A stretch of DNA of 64,000 nt from Polyangia bacterium (GTDB lineage Bacteria > Myxococcota_A > Polyangia > JAAYKL01), in contig JBNLED010000235.1 of assembly GCA_050304755.1 (NCBI GenBank), positions 700 through 64,699 of the forward strand, read 5' to 3'. Every line of letters starts with the position of its first letter. Positions within the stretch are counted from its first letter, which is position 1. The translations under genes and the position numbers were made by a program. The notes beneath the pieces are model-generated. The model searched no databases. It was not told the DNA's origin and saw nothing but the letters and a program-made list of their open reading frames with translations. This document shows positions 51,176 through 62,431 of the stretch, piece after piece.

Positions 51176-53953
51176 ATGCGAAGAATATCGGGAATAATGA
51201 CGAGAAGGAACGGACCGCATTGGGCGCTGTACGCGGCCCTTTGGCTCGCGTTCGGGTGTGCTGCGGAGGAGGGATCCAACGACGCCGGGACGGACACCGC
51301 CTACGGCGATGCCGACACCGATTCCGACTCGGACACTGATTCCGACAGCGACACCGACACGGATACCGATGCGGATGCCGACACCGATTCCGACTCGGAT
51401 TCGGACGCCGATTCCGACACGGACGCCGATTCGGATACCGACGCTGATTCGGATACCGACAGTGACACGGACATCGATTCCGATTCGGATTCGGACATGG
51501 ACACCGACACCGATACGGACACCGACGGGGACACCGATGCGGACGCGGATACCGACGCGGACGGGGACGCCGACGCCGACGCCGACACCGACGCGGACAC
51601 CGATGGCGACACCGATGCGGACACGGACGGGGACACCGATGCGGACACCGACACCTATACGGAACCGCCCGTAAAGAGCGTCGATGTCACCGGCAGCGCC
51701 GGTGAGACGCTCCGGATCACCGCATACGGGGACTACATGGTGCGGATCCAGGCCATCGAGGCCGGGGATACTTTCTACCCGGACGACCAGTATGAAATGG
51801 TGGAACGGCATGATTGGGACGGCGGGCTGAGGGTCGTCGACGAGGAGACCTCGATGACGGTGAGGACCACCGCCCCCGACGGCGTCTCCCTCTCCATCAC
51901 GAAGGATCCGCTGCGCATCGCCTTCTCCATCACCGGCCAGTCCGAGCCCGTGCTGACCGAGAGCGAGGGGATATCCTGGGGCGAATCGATAACGGAGTCC
52001 TTCACACCGGTGGCGGGGGAGCACTTCGCGGGCCTGGGGCACGAGGCGTACGGGCGGGTCGAGAGCCTCGATCGGGCGGGGAGCAGCCTGACCGTCCGCA
52101 GCGGCAGCGAGGGGGCGCTCGTCGCGCCGTTCTACCTGTCATCTCGAGGTTACGGTGTCTTCCTCAACACGACCTTCACCCACACCATCAACCTGGGCCG
52201 CAGCAACACCTATTCCCTCTCTATCAACGGGGAAGGGTTCGGCGGCCAGATGGACTATTTCTTCATCGCCGGCCCCGAGCTCACCAAGGTGGTGGACCGC
52301 TACACCCAGCTCACCGGGCGCCCCCGGCTCCCCCAACGCTCCCTCTTCGGCCTGCACCTCTCGGACAAATCCGATCCGAACAACGACGGCGAGTCCTGGT
52401 GGAAGCAGATGATCACCAGCCACCGGGACGCCGGCTTCGCCTTCGACCACCAGGTCAACGACAACGCCTGGCGGGCCTCGAACGAGGCGGTCTCCGGACA
52501 GAAGAACTCCTGGTTCGCTTGGCGGGCCGACCAGTTCCCGGACCCGGCGGGATACAAGCGGTGGTGCGACGAGAACGGGGTCACGGTGACCCTCGACCTC
52601 AACCGGCCGGGCATCCCGTTGAACCCGAGCTGGAACAACAGCTTCAGCATCTCGGGCACCAATGATTGTCCCGATTTCACCAACCCCGATACGAGGCAGT
52701 GGATATGGGATCTGTTCTTCGACAACGCGTTCGATCCGGCCCTCGGCTACCCCGGCGACGCGATCTGGCTCGATGAGTTCGACTACCCGGACCACAACCA
52801 CTCCACGACCCTCTGGAGCGGCAAGCGCTGGGCGGAGGAGTCCATCAACTACCACCTCAACCTGCAGAAGTCCTGCGTCGCGGAGGGCTGGGACCCGGCC
52901 ATGGGCGAGTCCAAGCGCCCCTACTTCTGGAGCCGCGGGATCACCGCCGGCGCCCAGCGCTGGGGAGCCCACTGGACCGGCGACCTGGACAGCAACTGGA
53001 GGGACATGGCCTACCAGGTGCGGGCGCTCCAGTCCTCGGGGATCTCCGGATTCCCCTACTTCAACCACGACGCGGGCGGTCACTTCAATGTATCGGTCAG
53101 CGAGGACAACCTCTACCGGCAGTGGGATATCGCGTTCGGCAGCTTCACCCCGATCTGGAAGCCCCACGGGCCAGGGCACAAGCGGTGGCCACTCCAGCGC
53201 AACGGCACATGTCAGGACACCGCCCGGACCTACATCACCGTCCGGTACGAGATGATTCCCTTCATTTACTCCTACGCGCGCATCGCCCAGGCCACCGGCG
53301 TCCCCATGGCCCGGTCCATGTTCCTCGAGGATCGGGAGAACGAGACCGCGTGGGAACGCGACATGCAGTACATGTGGGGACGGGAGATGCTCGTGGCCCC
53401 CAACTGCTCCGACGGCGGCAACAGCGTCTCCGTGTGGTTCCCGGCGGGGGACTGGTACGACTTCTGGGACGACACGAAGTACGGCGGCGACACGACGGAG
53501 AGCATCAGCGCCCCCACCGGGCATCTTCCGGTCTTCGTCAAGGCCGGCGCCATCGTTCCGATGGCCCCCTACGCGCTCTCCACCTTCTTCATCCCCGCGG
53601 ACGAGCTCCGGGTGCACATCTACACCGGCGCAGACGGCACCTTCGAGCTCTATGAGGATGACGGGGTCACCGAGAAGTTCAGGACCCAGGGGGAGTCCCG
53701 GTTGACCGAGATCACCTACACGGACCAGGATCTCGGCGTGGAGATCAGCGCGGCCCAGGGGACCTACGACGGTGCGCCCGACAACCGATCCTACCAGATC
53801 ATCTATCACGGACTCTCCGGCGAGACGCCGTTGTTCCTGGACGGCGAGCCCGTCAGCGCGACATGGGATGCCCAAAACGGATTGCTGACCGTCGATGTCC
53901 CCGCCAGGGGAGTGGACAGCGCCTTCAAGGTCTCCGGCACCTCCGGCAAGTAG
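51176..53953 (+). CDS. Lipoprotein with (Asp-X)n stalk and GH31 glycosidase (with DUF5110-like C-terminus)
   Basis: AFG-C lipobox; [27 protein letters not shown] (nucleophile), HWTGD (acid/base), HDAGG and [12 protein letters not shown]. Confidence 0.9.
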   Translation: MRRISGIMTRRNGPHWALYAALWLAFGCAAEEGSNDAGTDTAYGDADTDSDSDTDSDSDTDTDTDADADTDSDSDSDADSDTDADSDTDADSDTDSDTDIDSDSDSDMDTDTDTDTDGDTDADADTDADGDADADADTDADTDGDTDADTDGDTDADTDTYTEPPVKSVDVTGSAGETLRITAYGDYMVRIQAIEAGDTFYPDDQYEMVERHDWDGGLRVVDEETSMTVRTTAPDGVSLSITKDPLRIAFSITGQSEPVLTESEGISWGESITESFTPVAGEHFAGLGHEAYGRVESLDRAGSSLTVRSGSEGALVAPFYLSSRGYGVFLNTTFTHTINLGRSNTYSLSINGEGFGGQMDYFFIAGPELTKVVDRYTQLTGRPRLPQRSLFGLHLSDKSDPNNDGESWWKQMITSHRDAGFAFDHQVNDNAWRASNEAVSGQKNSWFAWRADQFPDPAGYKRWCDENGVTVTLDLNRPGIPLNPSWNNSFSISGTNDCPDFTNPDTRQWIWDLFFDNAFDPALGYPGDAIWLDEFDYPDHNHSTTLWSGKRWAEESINYHLNLQKSCVAEGWDPAMGESKRPYFWSRGITAGAQRWGAHWTGDLDSNWRDMAYQVRALQSSGISGFPYFNHDAGGHFNVSVSEDNLYRQWDIAFGSFTPIWKPHGPGHKRWPLQRNGTCQDTARTYITVRYEMIPFIYSYARIAQATGVPMARSMFLEDRENETAWERDMQYMWGREMLVAPNCSDGGNSVSVWFPAGDWYDFWDDTKYGGDTTESISAPTGHLPVFVKAGAIVPMAPYALSTFFIPADELRVHIYTGADGTFELYEDDGVTEKFRTQGESRLTEITYTDQDLGVEISAAQGTYDGAPDNRSYQIIYHGLSGETPLFLDGEPVSATWDAQNGLLTVDVPARGVDSAFKVSGTSGK
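51308..51655 (+). repeat. (Asp-X)n coding repeat, about 116 aa
   Basis: [13 protein letters not shown]... Confidence 0.95.
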
Positions 53954-54056
53954 CCGTCGCGCCTGTTCGGTACGATTGGCGAGAAAGGCCGGCGCCGCCC
54001 CCAGACCGCTTCGGATTAAAATTGATCGACTCTCGCTTGCCCTCACGCCCTGCTGC

Positions 54057-54144
54057 TGCGTTGTCCTCCTCGATGGGACTCGAATGGATCGACGCGAGCT
54101 GCGATTCGTTCGAGGCCCGCTTCGTCTGCGAGGACCACCAGTAG
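54057..54144 (+). pseudogene. C-type lectin domain C-terminal remnant
   Basis: CVVLLDG, a 1-nt frameshift, then LEWIDASCDSFEARFVCE*, matching the CTLD pattern C...WxDxxC....F(V/I)CE. Confidence 0.45.
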
Positions 54145-54418
54145 ACAGAAGAACGCCGCCGTAGTCTGCGGAGGGGCGCAAACGTCTACGGCGAGAACTT
54201 CGATTTCGAATTGTGAGTCCAAGACCTCGCCGTAGCCTCGCCCAGCGAGCGGAGGCGGACACGTTACCAAAACTTGACGCATCGACTTTCGGCAGGCAAC
54301 GCCGCGTCAAGAGCTTCTCCATTTGTAGAAATTCCAAGGGATTATCCGTTCGTTTTTGGAAGACGGGGGCACTGCTAAACTGACAGGTCGACCGGATGAA
54401 AGGAGCCCCCCAAGAAAG

Positions 54419-55729
54419 ATGAACCGACACGATTCGAGAGGCATTGAGAACCGCGGGAGGAGCGCCGTGCTCATCGCGACATTGTGCTCGTGCCTGTTGG
54501 CTCGAGTCTCCCACGCGGGTGAGGGGGATGCCTCTTCGAGCGGATCCCCGGAGCTGCAAGGACGCATCGACGAGACCACCGACCGGCGGCTCTGGACCGA
54601 CGACCGGGATCAGGTGGCCGTGGGATATCGCTACGGATTCTATCTGCAGACCCTCGACGAGCGGTTCCGGCTCCAGCTCAACGGGCTCTTCAAGCTGAGA
54701 TACCACTACACCAATCAGGTCGTCGCCCCCGCGAGGCGGGGATTCGTCTCCCGGGTCTCCAACCCCGCCTCCGCCATCCTGTTCTTCGGGCACCTGTTCA
54801 CCAAACGACTGACCTATATGATGATGCCGGATTTCGGGAACGGCGAGTTCAAGGTCTACTACATGTATTTCGTGTACGAGGCGGTCCCCAAAAAGCTCTA
54901 CTTCCGGGTGGGCCAGGGCAAGAAGCCCTATGCCCGCTTCTTTTTGACCTCCCCCATCGAGCGGGCGTTCGTGCTGGACGCCACCGCGTACAACTACGCG
55001 AAGACGGGGCTCCCCATCGGTCACGGCGTCGATATCGGAGCGGAGATCGGCAACAACTTCGTCGTCGCGAAGGGGCTCGAGTGGACCCTCGGGGTTTACA
55101 ACGGCACCAGCGCCATGCCGATCGTGACCGGGGTGGTTCATCCCCATCAACCCGATGCGAGCGGTGAGCTTATTCCGGTGACGGAAGCCCCCCTCGAGGA
55201 GGTCACCGTCACCAACTATCCCGCGAAGATGAAGCCCACGCTCATCGGACGCTTTGGATACAACTGGGGCGGCCTGAAGGGGTACTACGCGTCGGATCAG
55301 GACGGCGGTCCTCCGAGGGGTGGGATCGCAGCGTCCATACAGGCGGACTTCGACGGGGACGGGGACCAGCGGAGTTTTCTGCGTTGGGAGGCCGACGGCA
55401 TCTTCAAGGCATACCACCTGACCCTGAGCGGCGGCATCAACTTCGTCTACAGCGCCGAAGGCCACTTCTACGAGTCACCGGAGCTGATGGGGTACGCGAT
55501 GCACGGGCAGGCCGGGTACGCGATCAAGGGGTGGGTGGAGCCCGTATTCCGCTACAGTTACGTCAATCCCCCGGGGGCGGACAACGCGATCTCCGAGTTC
55601 GCAGGGGGGCTCGGGCTGTTCTTCTTCAAATCGCAGTTCAAATGGGACAACAACTTCGGGATTGACTGGTATCGCTATCAGCGCAGCATGGACTACACCT
55701 ACGTCTCCCAATTCCAGGTCTATTTCTGA
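54419..55729 (+). CDS. Outer membrane porin-like protein (OprO/OprP-like)
   Basis: Signal peptide, YRYGFYLQT..FRLQLNG, amphipathic beta strands and C-terminal QFQVYF beta-signal. Confidence 0.7.
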   Translation: MNRHDSRGIENRGRSAVLIATLCSCLLARVSHAGEGDASSSGSPELQGRIDETTDRRLWTDDRDQVAVGYRYGFYLQTLDERFRLQLNGLFKLRYHYTNQVVAPARRGFVSRVSNPASAILFFGHLFTKRLTYMMMPDFGNGEFKVYYMYFVYEAVPKKLYFRVGQGKKPYARFFLTSPIERAFVLDATAYNYAKTGLPIGHGVDIGAEIGNNFVVAKGLEWTLGVYNGTSAMPIVTGVVHPHQPDASGELIPVTEAPLEEVTVTNYPAKMKPTLIGRFGYNWGGLKGYYASDQDGGPPRGGIAASIQADFDGDGDQRSFLRWEADGIFKAYHLTLSGGINFVYSAEGHFYESPELMGYAMHGQAGYAIKGWVEPVFRYSYVNPPGADNAISEFAGGLGLFFFKSQFKWDNNFGIDWYRYQRSMDYTYVSQFQVYF

Positions 55730-55764
55730 TAATAGCCGCGATCTTTGAGGGGGGGTCCGGCAGG

Positions 55765-57321
55765 TTATCGTCCGTAGACGCTCACGATGCTCGCCTGAAT
55801 CGCCTCATCGGTTTCGTCGGTGGTCTCCCCGGCGATGACCGCCCCCTCGGAGAACCCGCCGGAGCCGTTCGGATCCCCCGCCCCCCCCTCGCCGAGGGCC
55901 AGCCCGCCCTCCTGCTGGAGGGGAGAGTATCCCCCCTCGGGCAGGGTCGGCAGATCGACATGGACCGAAAGCGTCCCCTCCTGCGCGTTCCCGGCCTTGA
56001 CCTGCCAATGGGCGACCCCGTCGTGCTTGAAGAGGACCGTCACGATCTCGTGGGGCACGGACGGGTTGGGGTTCTCCCCGGTCTCGGTGCAGTTGCACTC
56101 CCCCGGCCGGTCGCACGCCGCCCCTGAGTCGCACTTCGCGACGTTCCCGGCGTACACCCCCTGCTCCCAGTCGACCATGGGCCACGGCCCCTCCCCCTCC
56201 CCCTTCGACCAGAACTTGATCTTCGAGAAGTTGAGCGCGCTCAAGGTCCCGGGACCAGTGTAGTGGATCTGGTCGCCCGTGTTGCCGTAGTTGAAGCAGC
56301 AGTTATCGTTCACATACTTGGCGTGGAAGATGGAGTAGGTGGTCTGGGGCTCGGCGCCGAGGGGCATGTTCGTGGTCTGATCCCGGTTCCTGAGGCACTG
56401 GGACCGATCCTTCCAGCTGCCCGCGGGTGGGAAGCCCTGCTCGAGGGCGATGGGGATCCGCGTCCCGTCGGACATCTCCCAATACTCGACATCCAACAGG
56501 TCGCAGGATTTCGGGGTGCCGGGCATGTTCCATTCCACGTCCCCCCGCCACATGTCGTTGGCGTTCTCGGTCTGGTCATACAGCGTGGTCAGCTTACACG
56601 CGGTGCCCGCGCAGAAGGACTCCAGGGTTGCCAGGTCCACGAGCCCGCCGGCGGACACGACGCCGATATCCATCTCCTGCTCATCCGAGGCGCGCAGCAC
56701 GGTGAACAGGGGACCATCGTAGTCCGCGAACAGCGCCCGAGTGAGGGCGTGGGCCGCCACGAAAGGGGTCCCCGCCGCGGCCGCGATATCGCCAGGGAGG
56801 GTGGGGACATCGGTATCCGCGTCCGTATCCGCGTCCGTATCCGCGTCTGTATCCGCGTCCGTATCCGCGTCAGTATCCCCATCGGCGTCCGTGTCCCCGT
56901 CTCCGTCAGTATCGGTATCGGTATCCGTGTCCGCATCAGTATCCGAATCACTGTCTGCGTCCGTGTCGGCATCGGCGTCGATATCCGCATCGGTGTCCGC
57001 ATCCGCGTCGCTGTCGGTGTCGGCATCGGCATCCGTATCCGCGTCGCTGTCCGTGTCGGCATCGGTGTCCGTGTCGGCATCGGTATCCGTGTCGGCATCG
57101 GTATCCGTATCCGCGTCGCTGTCCGTATCCGCGTCGCTGTCCGTATCCGCGTCGCTGTCCGTATCCGCGTCGCTGTCCGTATCCGCGTCGCTGTCCGTAT
57201 CACTGTCCGCATCGCCTGCGCCCGTGTCCGGACCATCGGCGCCGTCGTCCGAGGTTGCGCAACCGAACGCGAAGACGCCCACGATACAGAGATTCCAAAT
57301 CATCAGCTGGTCTTCTCTCAT
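55765..57321 (-). CDS. Lipoprotein with (Asp-X)n stalk and GH54 alpha-L-arabinofuranosidase B catalytic domain
   Basis: AFG-C lipobox; [38 protein letters not shown] and GFSEG. Confidence 0.85.
   Translation of the reverse strand: MREDQLMIWNLCIVGVFAFGCATSDDGADGPDTGAGDADSDTDSDADTDSDADTDSDADTDSDADTDSDADTDTDADTDTDADTDTDADTDSDADTDADADTDSDADADTDADIDADADTDADSDSDTDADTDTDTDTDGDGDTDADGDTDADTDADTDADTDADTDADTDVPTLPGDIAAAAGTPFVAAHALTRALFADYDGPLFTVLRASDEQEMDIGVVSAGGLVDLATLESFCAGTACKLTTLYDQTENANDMWRGDVEWNMPGTPKSCDLLDVEYWEMSDGTRIPIALEQGFPPAGSWKDRSQCLRNRDQTTNMPLGAEPQTTYSIFHAKYVNDNCCFNYGNTGDQIHYTGPGTLSALNFSKIKFWSKGEGEGPWPMVDWEQGVYAGNVAKCDSGAACDRPGECNCTETGENPNPSVPHEIVTVLFKHDGVAHWQVKAGNAQEGTLSVHVDLPTLPEGGYSPLQQEGGLALGEGGAGDPNGSGGFSEGAVIAGETTDETDEAIQASIVSVYGR
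56809..57213 (-). repeat. (Asp-X)n coding repeat, about 135 aa, including five perfect 18-bp units
   Basis: TCCGTATCCGCGTCGCTG x5 at 57104-57193. Confidence 0.95.
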
Positions 57322-57571
57322 GTGAAATATTTCTCTTTCCTGTCTCGTTGACTCCCACAGTCCTTATTAGGCCATCCAATCCGGTCTTTTCGAATACGAG
57401 AAGCCCTTTGAAGCGCTTCGCTGTCGTTCTGTAAGTAGTTCTCGTCGCCGGAAAGCGAACGGATCGTTCGTCAATTTTTCGTTCGGAAGGCCGTGACGTC
57501 CGACCGCCTCCGCAAGGCCTATCTGCGGTGTGATTCTTGGTCTTGGAATCTCTAATCCGAGGGCGAGCCCG

Positions 57572-59356
57572 TCACGGCAGCTCCACCGCGCCCAGGTCAC
57601 AGGCGTCCGGGTCCCGGGTCTCCCCCCGCTGGTCCGTGACTTCGCAGCCGACGCCGGCCCCCAGCGCCGGGCTGCCGCCCCCAAGGAGGAGGGTCGGTGT
57701 CGGCCCGCCGTGGTCACCGGGCTCGGCATCGAGCAGGGGATCGGCGACGATAATGTCAGGCGTACATCGGTCCGACCCGGCGTCCCCGGATTCGCTCAGC
57801 CACTGCAACACGTGATCCCCCGTGCCCGTCTCGCCGCAGCTGTAGGCCTGGCCCCAGGGATTGCCCGCGCTGTTGTCGACGAAGATGCTGTTGTGCACCT
57901 CGAAGCCGCCGCCGAAGAGCGCCCCGCCATGCCCCCCCGCGAAATTCCGCGAGAAGGTGGTGTTGTTTACGATGACCGGCCCGCCGCTGCTAATGGCACC
58001 GCCGTAGGACTCGGCCTGATTTCCGTGGAGCGTGACATTCGCGAGGGTGCAGGTGGGCGCGCAGTCCAGATACAGACCGCCGGCGTGATTCTCGCTGGTG
58101 TTCGAGACGAGGCTCGACGCCCGGATGACGATCTCGCCGTTGCTGACCCGCATGCCGCCGCCGAGCCCCCCCTCGCCGACGGTGTTTTTCTCGACGAGCG
58201 TCCGATCGACCATCACCTGGTCCGGTGGATAGGCCCAGATGTAGACCCCGCCGCCGCTCCGGAGCCCGCGGTTGTTCCGGATCTTTGAGCCACATATCTC
58301 GATGAGGCCCCCCTCGTCGTCCTCGGGGCTTTCGGAGGCGCCGTCCGTCCCGATGGCCCCGCCCTCGCCCCAGCCGTTGTCGATGGTCTCGTTGTCCTCG
58401 AAGACGGAGTTGATCACCTGCAGGGGCGAGAGGAGGCTATAGACGGCGCCGCCGTAAAAGGAGCGGTTCCTCATGAACCGGCTGCCCACGATGGTCAGCG
58501 CGCTGCCGGTCCAGACCGACACCGCTCCGCCGCCGCGCCCGGCGGTGTTGTCCTCGAAGACGCAATCGCGGACCTCGACCCGGCTCCGCCAGTTGCCGGC
58601 CACGGCGCCGCCGATCCCGTCCGCCTCCTCGCTCGCCGGAGCGCTGCCGTTGATGAACCGCAGGTTGCGGACCGACAGGGAGCCGTTGCTCGGCGCCGAA
58701 AGGATACGGGTCGTCCCGCCGCCGTCCAGCGTGACATCTCCCGCCTCGCCGTCAACCACGGTCTCCGTCCCGGCCCCGATTTCGGCCCCGACGGAGATGA
58801 TGACCGGGGACGCACCGCAGTCGAAGGTGATGTAGCCCCCGGCGCCGACGGCCGCGCGGAGGGCCTCCTCGGTGCAGCTCTCGGGGGTGCCGCTCCCGAC
58901 GATATAGTGGGAAGAGGGAACCGGCCAGGGGTCCGGCTCATCGCAAATCCGCAACGGTCGCCCCTCCGTATCGGTTTCCGTATCGACTTCCGGTTCGGTA
59001 TCCGTGTCACCGTCGGTATCCGTATCACTGTCGGTGTCTATATCCGCATCGGTGTCGGCGTCGGTGTCTCCGTCTGCATCCACATCAGTGTCCGAATCGC
59101 TGTCTCCGTCCGAATCCGTATCCGTGTCGGCGTCGGCATCCGTGTCAGCGTCGGTGTCCGCGTCGGCGTCCGTGTCTGTGTCGGTGTCGCTATCTCCCGA
59201 GCCCACGGTCGTATCGGAGGCCGTTTCGAATTCCAAATCATTCTCAGACGGGTATTGGAAGGTGTCGCCGTGTTCCGCCTCTTTTACACCCTCGTCAGTA
59301 CAGGACACACTGTTCAAACCTATATGGAGTGTTAGTAGAATGGCCTTTTTCATCAT
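57572..59356 (-). CDS. Lipoprotein with (Asp-X)n stalk and right-handed beta-helix (Pmp-like GGA repeats, choice-of-anchor Q-like end)
   Basis: SVS-C lipobox; repeated N..GGA(V/I) and terminal DQRG..CDLGAVE. Confidence 0.75.
   Translation of the reverse strand: MMKKAILLTLHIGLNSVSCTDEGVKEAEHGDTFQYPSENDLEFETASDTTVGSGDSDTDTDTDADADTDADTDADADTDTDSDGDSDSDTDVDADGDTDADTDADIDTDSDTDTDGDTDTEPEVDTETDTEGRPLRICDEPDPWPVPSSHYIVGSGTPESCTEEALRAAVGAGGYITFDCGASPVIISVGAEIGAGTETVVDGEAGDVTLDGGGTTRILSAPSNGSLSVRNLRFINGSAPASEEADGIGGAVAGNWRSRVEVRDCVFEDNTAGRGGGAVSVWTGSALTIVGSRFMRNRSFYGGAVYSLLSPLQVINSVFEDNETIDNGWGEGGAIGTDGASESPEDDEGGLIEICGSKIRNNRGLRSGGGVYIWAYPPDQVMVDRTLVEKNTVGEGGLGGGMRVSNGEIVIRASSLVSNTSENHAGGLYLDCAPTCTLANVTLHGNQAESYGGAISSGGPVIVNNTTFSRNFAGGHGGALFGGGFEVHNSIFVDNSAGNPWGQAYSCGETGTGDHVLQWLSESGDAGSDRCTPDIIVADPLLDAEPGDHGGPTPTLLLGGGSPALGAGVGCEVTDQRGETRDPDACDLGAVELP
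58967..59194 (-). repeat. (Asp-X)n coding repeat, about 76 aa
   Basis: [13 protein letters not shown]... Confidence 0.95.
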
Positions 59357-59678
59357 TTGGAAACAGCCCTCACTCTCGAGTAGTGCACCCGCCTGAATAA
59401 AAGGGGCGTGCGATTTTCGGCTATTTTGAGGCGAGTCCGCGTTTTTTTACCCGATACCTCGCGAAATATGCAGGGACTATCGAATCTGGTCGAGCAGCCC
59501 ATTGAAAAAACGGAGTCAATAGCCATTGTTTCTATTGCCAGATCAATGCCCCATTTAATCAAACGGAGTAGAAAATAACAACAAATCCGTGCCGGTACAA
59601 AATAGCGGGGGATTGAACCGACGCTCGGGAACCGTCCCCGCCTCTTGTGACGATGAGGGCGAGGCTTATACTATTAGA

Positions 59679-60692
59679 ATGTCGGGTTGCTCCCCGTTGA
59701 GGCGTCCCGCCTCTCTCCCAACCGCCAATCTATTGATAGGGATGGGCCTCCTCGCCGCGGTGGCCCTGGGGTGCGGGCAGATCGCCATCGAGAGGGTTGA
59801 CAGGAATTCCGACACGGCCACGGGCGCGGGGCTCGACGGTACGGATGCGGATACCGGCCCTGACGTAGACGCCGACACCGACGCGGATACCGATGCCCAC
59901 ACGGACACCGCCGATGCCTGTCCCGATCCGCTTCCGGGCGGGGTGTCCGCGATCGGCGGCTTGGAGGACTGGACACACTTCAATGATGCTGTCGTGACCC
60001 TGGAGGAAATCACCGGGCAGACCTTCACTCAGGCATGGAGAGCCGAGATGGTCGGGGGGATGACCGACCCCACGGGGACCCAGATGCTGCAGATGACAAT
60101 CAACGATATCGCCGCCGGCGATGTCCTGTTCGCGTCGTTCTGGATCCGCTGCGAGAGCGCAGCGGCAGGAGAATGCCGGACCGGGTTCGTTTTCGAGCTG
60201 GACGCGTCTCCCTGGAACAAGTCCGTTCAGTTTCACTTCACGATTGACGACACGTGGCGCCTTCACCAGATTCCGTTCGTCGCCGCCGCCGACCAGGCGG
60301 CCGGAGAGGTCGGCGGAAAATTCCGCCTCGGGTACGCCGATCAGGTGCTGCTGATTCATCCTCTAGACATCGTGAACTACCGGGACGCCGTCCCCATCGA
60401 ATGCCTCCCCCGATCGCCGGAGCTCACCGACGCGCTCGACATCTTCGCGATACCGGAGGAGACGGCCGTGGTGGGGGAGGAATATCGCTATCGATTGGAG
60501 ATGAACGGACCGGTCGGGGCATCGGTCACCGCAAGGGGGCTGCCGGCCTGGCTGGACTTAGACGGGGACGATCTGTTTCGGGGAACGCCCCAGGCGGGCG
60601 ACGCGGGCATCATCTCTGACATCTCCATCACCGCCGATGACGGCAACACCTCCGACACCGTGGCGTTCCAGCTGGAAGTCCTGAATCCGTAG
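59679..60692 (+). CDS. Non-catalytic lipoprotein: short (Asp-X)n, CBM-like beta-sandwich and Ig-like domain
   Basis: ALG-C lipobox; IAAGDVLFASFW..FVFE..PWNKS..W...IPF (CBM seen on GH10 enzymes, from recollection); GLPAWL..GTP Ig-like repeat; short repeat at 59835-59915. Confidence 0.65.
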   Translation: MSGCSPLRRPASLPTANLLIGMGLLAAVALGCGQIAIERVDRNSDTATGAGLDGTDADTGPDVDADTDADTDAHTDTADACPDPLPGGVSAIGGLEDWTHFNDAVVTLEEITGQTFTQAWRAEMVGGMTDPTGTQMLQMTINDIAAGDVLFASFWIRCESAAAGECRTGFVFELDASPWNKSVQFHFTIDDTWRLHQIPFVAAADQAAGEVGGKFRLGYADQVLLIHPLDIVNYRDAVPIECLPRSPELTDALDIFAIPEETAVVGEEYRYRLEMNGPVGASVTARGLPAWLDLDGDDLFRGTPQAGDAGIISDISITADDGNTSDTVAFQLEVLNP

Positions 60693-60963
60693 CCGGAACA
60701 CCGGCCGGACTCGGCGTCCACATCGGCTGCCTGGCGGTGATCGGTGGTGACCCGGTGGTTCATGGCCCCGGCCCCTCTTTCCGGCACCGGGTCGGGGTCG
60801 GGTGAATACAAAATCGGGCGAATACAAGATTCGCCCCTTCATTTATGCAGAATATTTCTATAAAACGTGACAAAATAGCCGCCAAGGTGAGCTAATCAAG
60901 AGCCGTACAACAACATAATATCGTAGAATGACTGCGAGACTCTTAATCTGTTTGGAGGAAAGA

Positions 60964-62406
60964 ATGAAACAATACACAATGTTGCCATTGACGCTGCTGC
61001 TGATCTTGTCGTGGACAGCAGGCTGCGGTGAAGAAGACCCGGGGGTAAGCACCGGGGACACCGGAACCGGCGCGTACACCGACACCGACACCGACACCGA
61101 CTCGGACACCGACGCTGATGCAGATGCCGACACCGATGCCGACGCCGACACCGACTCGGACGCCGACACCGATGCCGACGCCGACACCGACACCGACGCC
61201 GACACCGACTCGGATGCAGACACCGACTCGGATGCAGACACCGACTCGGATGCAGACACCGACTCGGATGCAGACACCGATGCGGATACCGACACCGACG
61301 GCGATACCGATGCGGATACCGACGCTGACGGCGACACCGATGCCGACACCGATGCCGACACCGATGCCGACACCGATGGCGACACTGACGCGGATACCGA
61401 CGCCGACACGGACAGCGATACGGACACGGGCACCGGAGCGGCTACGGATACGGGCGACGAGCAGTGCGAAGATATCGCGTACACCATGCCGCCGGAGCGG
61501 ACCCGCCTGATCGATAATCAATACACCGCCGATCCCTCCGCCCATGTGTTCGACTGCCGGCTCTTCTTCTTTCCCTCCCACGATCAGGACAACGCCGCAG
61601 GGTTCAACATGATTGACTACCACGCCTTCTCCCTCAACCAGAACGGCGACTTCGAGGATCACGGGGTGATCGTCAGCCTGGACGATGTGCCCTGGGCCCG
61701 GCAGTACGCGTGGGCACCGGACGCGGCCTACAAGAACGGTAAATACTATTTCTACTTCCCCGCAAAGGACAGCGGCGGCATCTTCCACATGGGCGTCGCC
61801 GTTGCGGATTCTCCGGAGGGACCCTACACGCCGGAGCCGGAGCCCATTCCGGGCAGCTACAGCATCGACCCCACGGTCTTCGTCGATGATGACGGACAGG
61901 CCTACATGGTGTTCGGCGGCAACTGGGGGGGACAGCTCGAGTGCTACGCCACCGGAGACTATGACCCTTCGAATTGCTCCGACGACAATGGAAACGGGGG
62001 CGCCGGGCAGCAAACCCCGCGGATCGCGAAATTCAAGGACAACATGCTGGAGTTCGACGGAGACGTCCAGGTGGTCCAGATTTCAGGCGGGGAGACGTTC
62101 TTCGAGGGGGCCTGGATGCACAAGTACAACGACACCTACTACCTCTCCTACTCCACCGGCCCCTCGTGCCAGATCATCTACGCCACCAGCGACAATCCCA
62201 TGGGCCCCTTCACCTACCAGGGAGTGGTCCTGCCCAGCCACAATTCAGGGTGGACCACCCACCACTCCATCGTGGAGTTCCAGGGCAATTGGTATCTCTT
62301 CTACCACGACTCCTCCTGCTCGGGGGGCGAGACCACGAAGCGCTGCGTCAGGTACGCTTCCCTCACCTACGGGGCGGATGGCTCCATCAACCGCGTCACC
62401 CCCTGA
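60964..62406 (+). CDS. Lipoprotein with (Asp-X)n stalk and GH43 (GH43_1-like) xylosidase/arabinofuranosidase
   Basis: TAG-C lipobox; YTADP, WAPD, SIDP, FFEG and [10 protein letters not shown]. Confidence 0.92.
   Translation: MKQYTMLPLTLLLILSWTAGCGEEDPGVSTGDTGTGAYTDTDTDTDSDTDADADADTDADADTDSDADTDADADTDTDADTDSDADTDSDADTDSDADTDSDADTDADTDTDGDTDADTDADGDTDADTDADTDADTDGDTDADTDADTDSDTDTGTGAATDTGDEQCEDIAYTMPPERTRLIDNQYTADPSAHVFDCRLFFFPSHDQDNAAGFNMIDYHAFSLNQNGDFEDHGVIVSLDDVPWARQYAWAPDAAYKNGKYYFYFPAKDSGGIFHMGVAVADSPEGPYTPEPEPIPGSYSIDPTVFVDDDGQAYMVFGGNWGGQLECYATGDYDPSNCSDDNGNGGAGQQTPRIAKFKDNMLEFDGDVQVVQISGGETFFEGAWMHKYNDTYYLSYSTGPSCQIIYATSDNPMGPFTYQGVVLPSHNSGWTTHHSIVEFQGNWYLFYHDSSCSGGETTKRCVRYASLTYGADGSINRVTP
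61081..61428 (+). repeat. (Asp-X)n coding repeat, about 116 aa
   Basis: [15 protein letters not shown]... with 18-bp GACTCGGATGCAGACACC units. Confidence 0.95.
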
Positions 62407-62431
62407 TTCAGGGAAGGCGCGATTCTCGACG

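Noticed and set aside
54043-54282. ORF starting MRQVLVTCPP as a dehydrogenase N-terminus
   Set aside because: Only a few residues resemble such enzymes and the rest diverges; insufficient support.
52139-55465. 1108-aa antisense ORF
   Set aside because: It lies opposite the GH31 and porin genes, has the Val/Gly/Arg-rich composition of a high-GC shadow frame, and shows no recognisable motif.
33013-61487. Long ORFs reading VSVSASVS (antisense) or TPTPIPT (+1 frame) over the acidic repeats
   Set aside because: They are stop-free shadows of the (Asp-X)n codons, with no RBS, signal peptide or domain; the sense frame carries the lipobox and enzyme.
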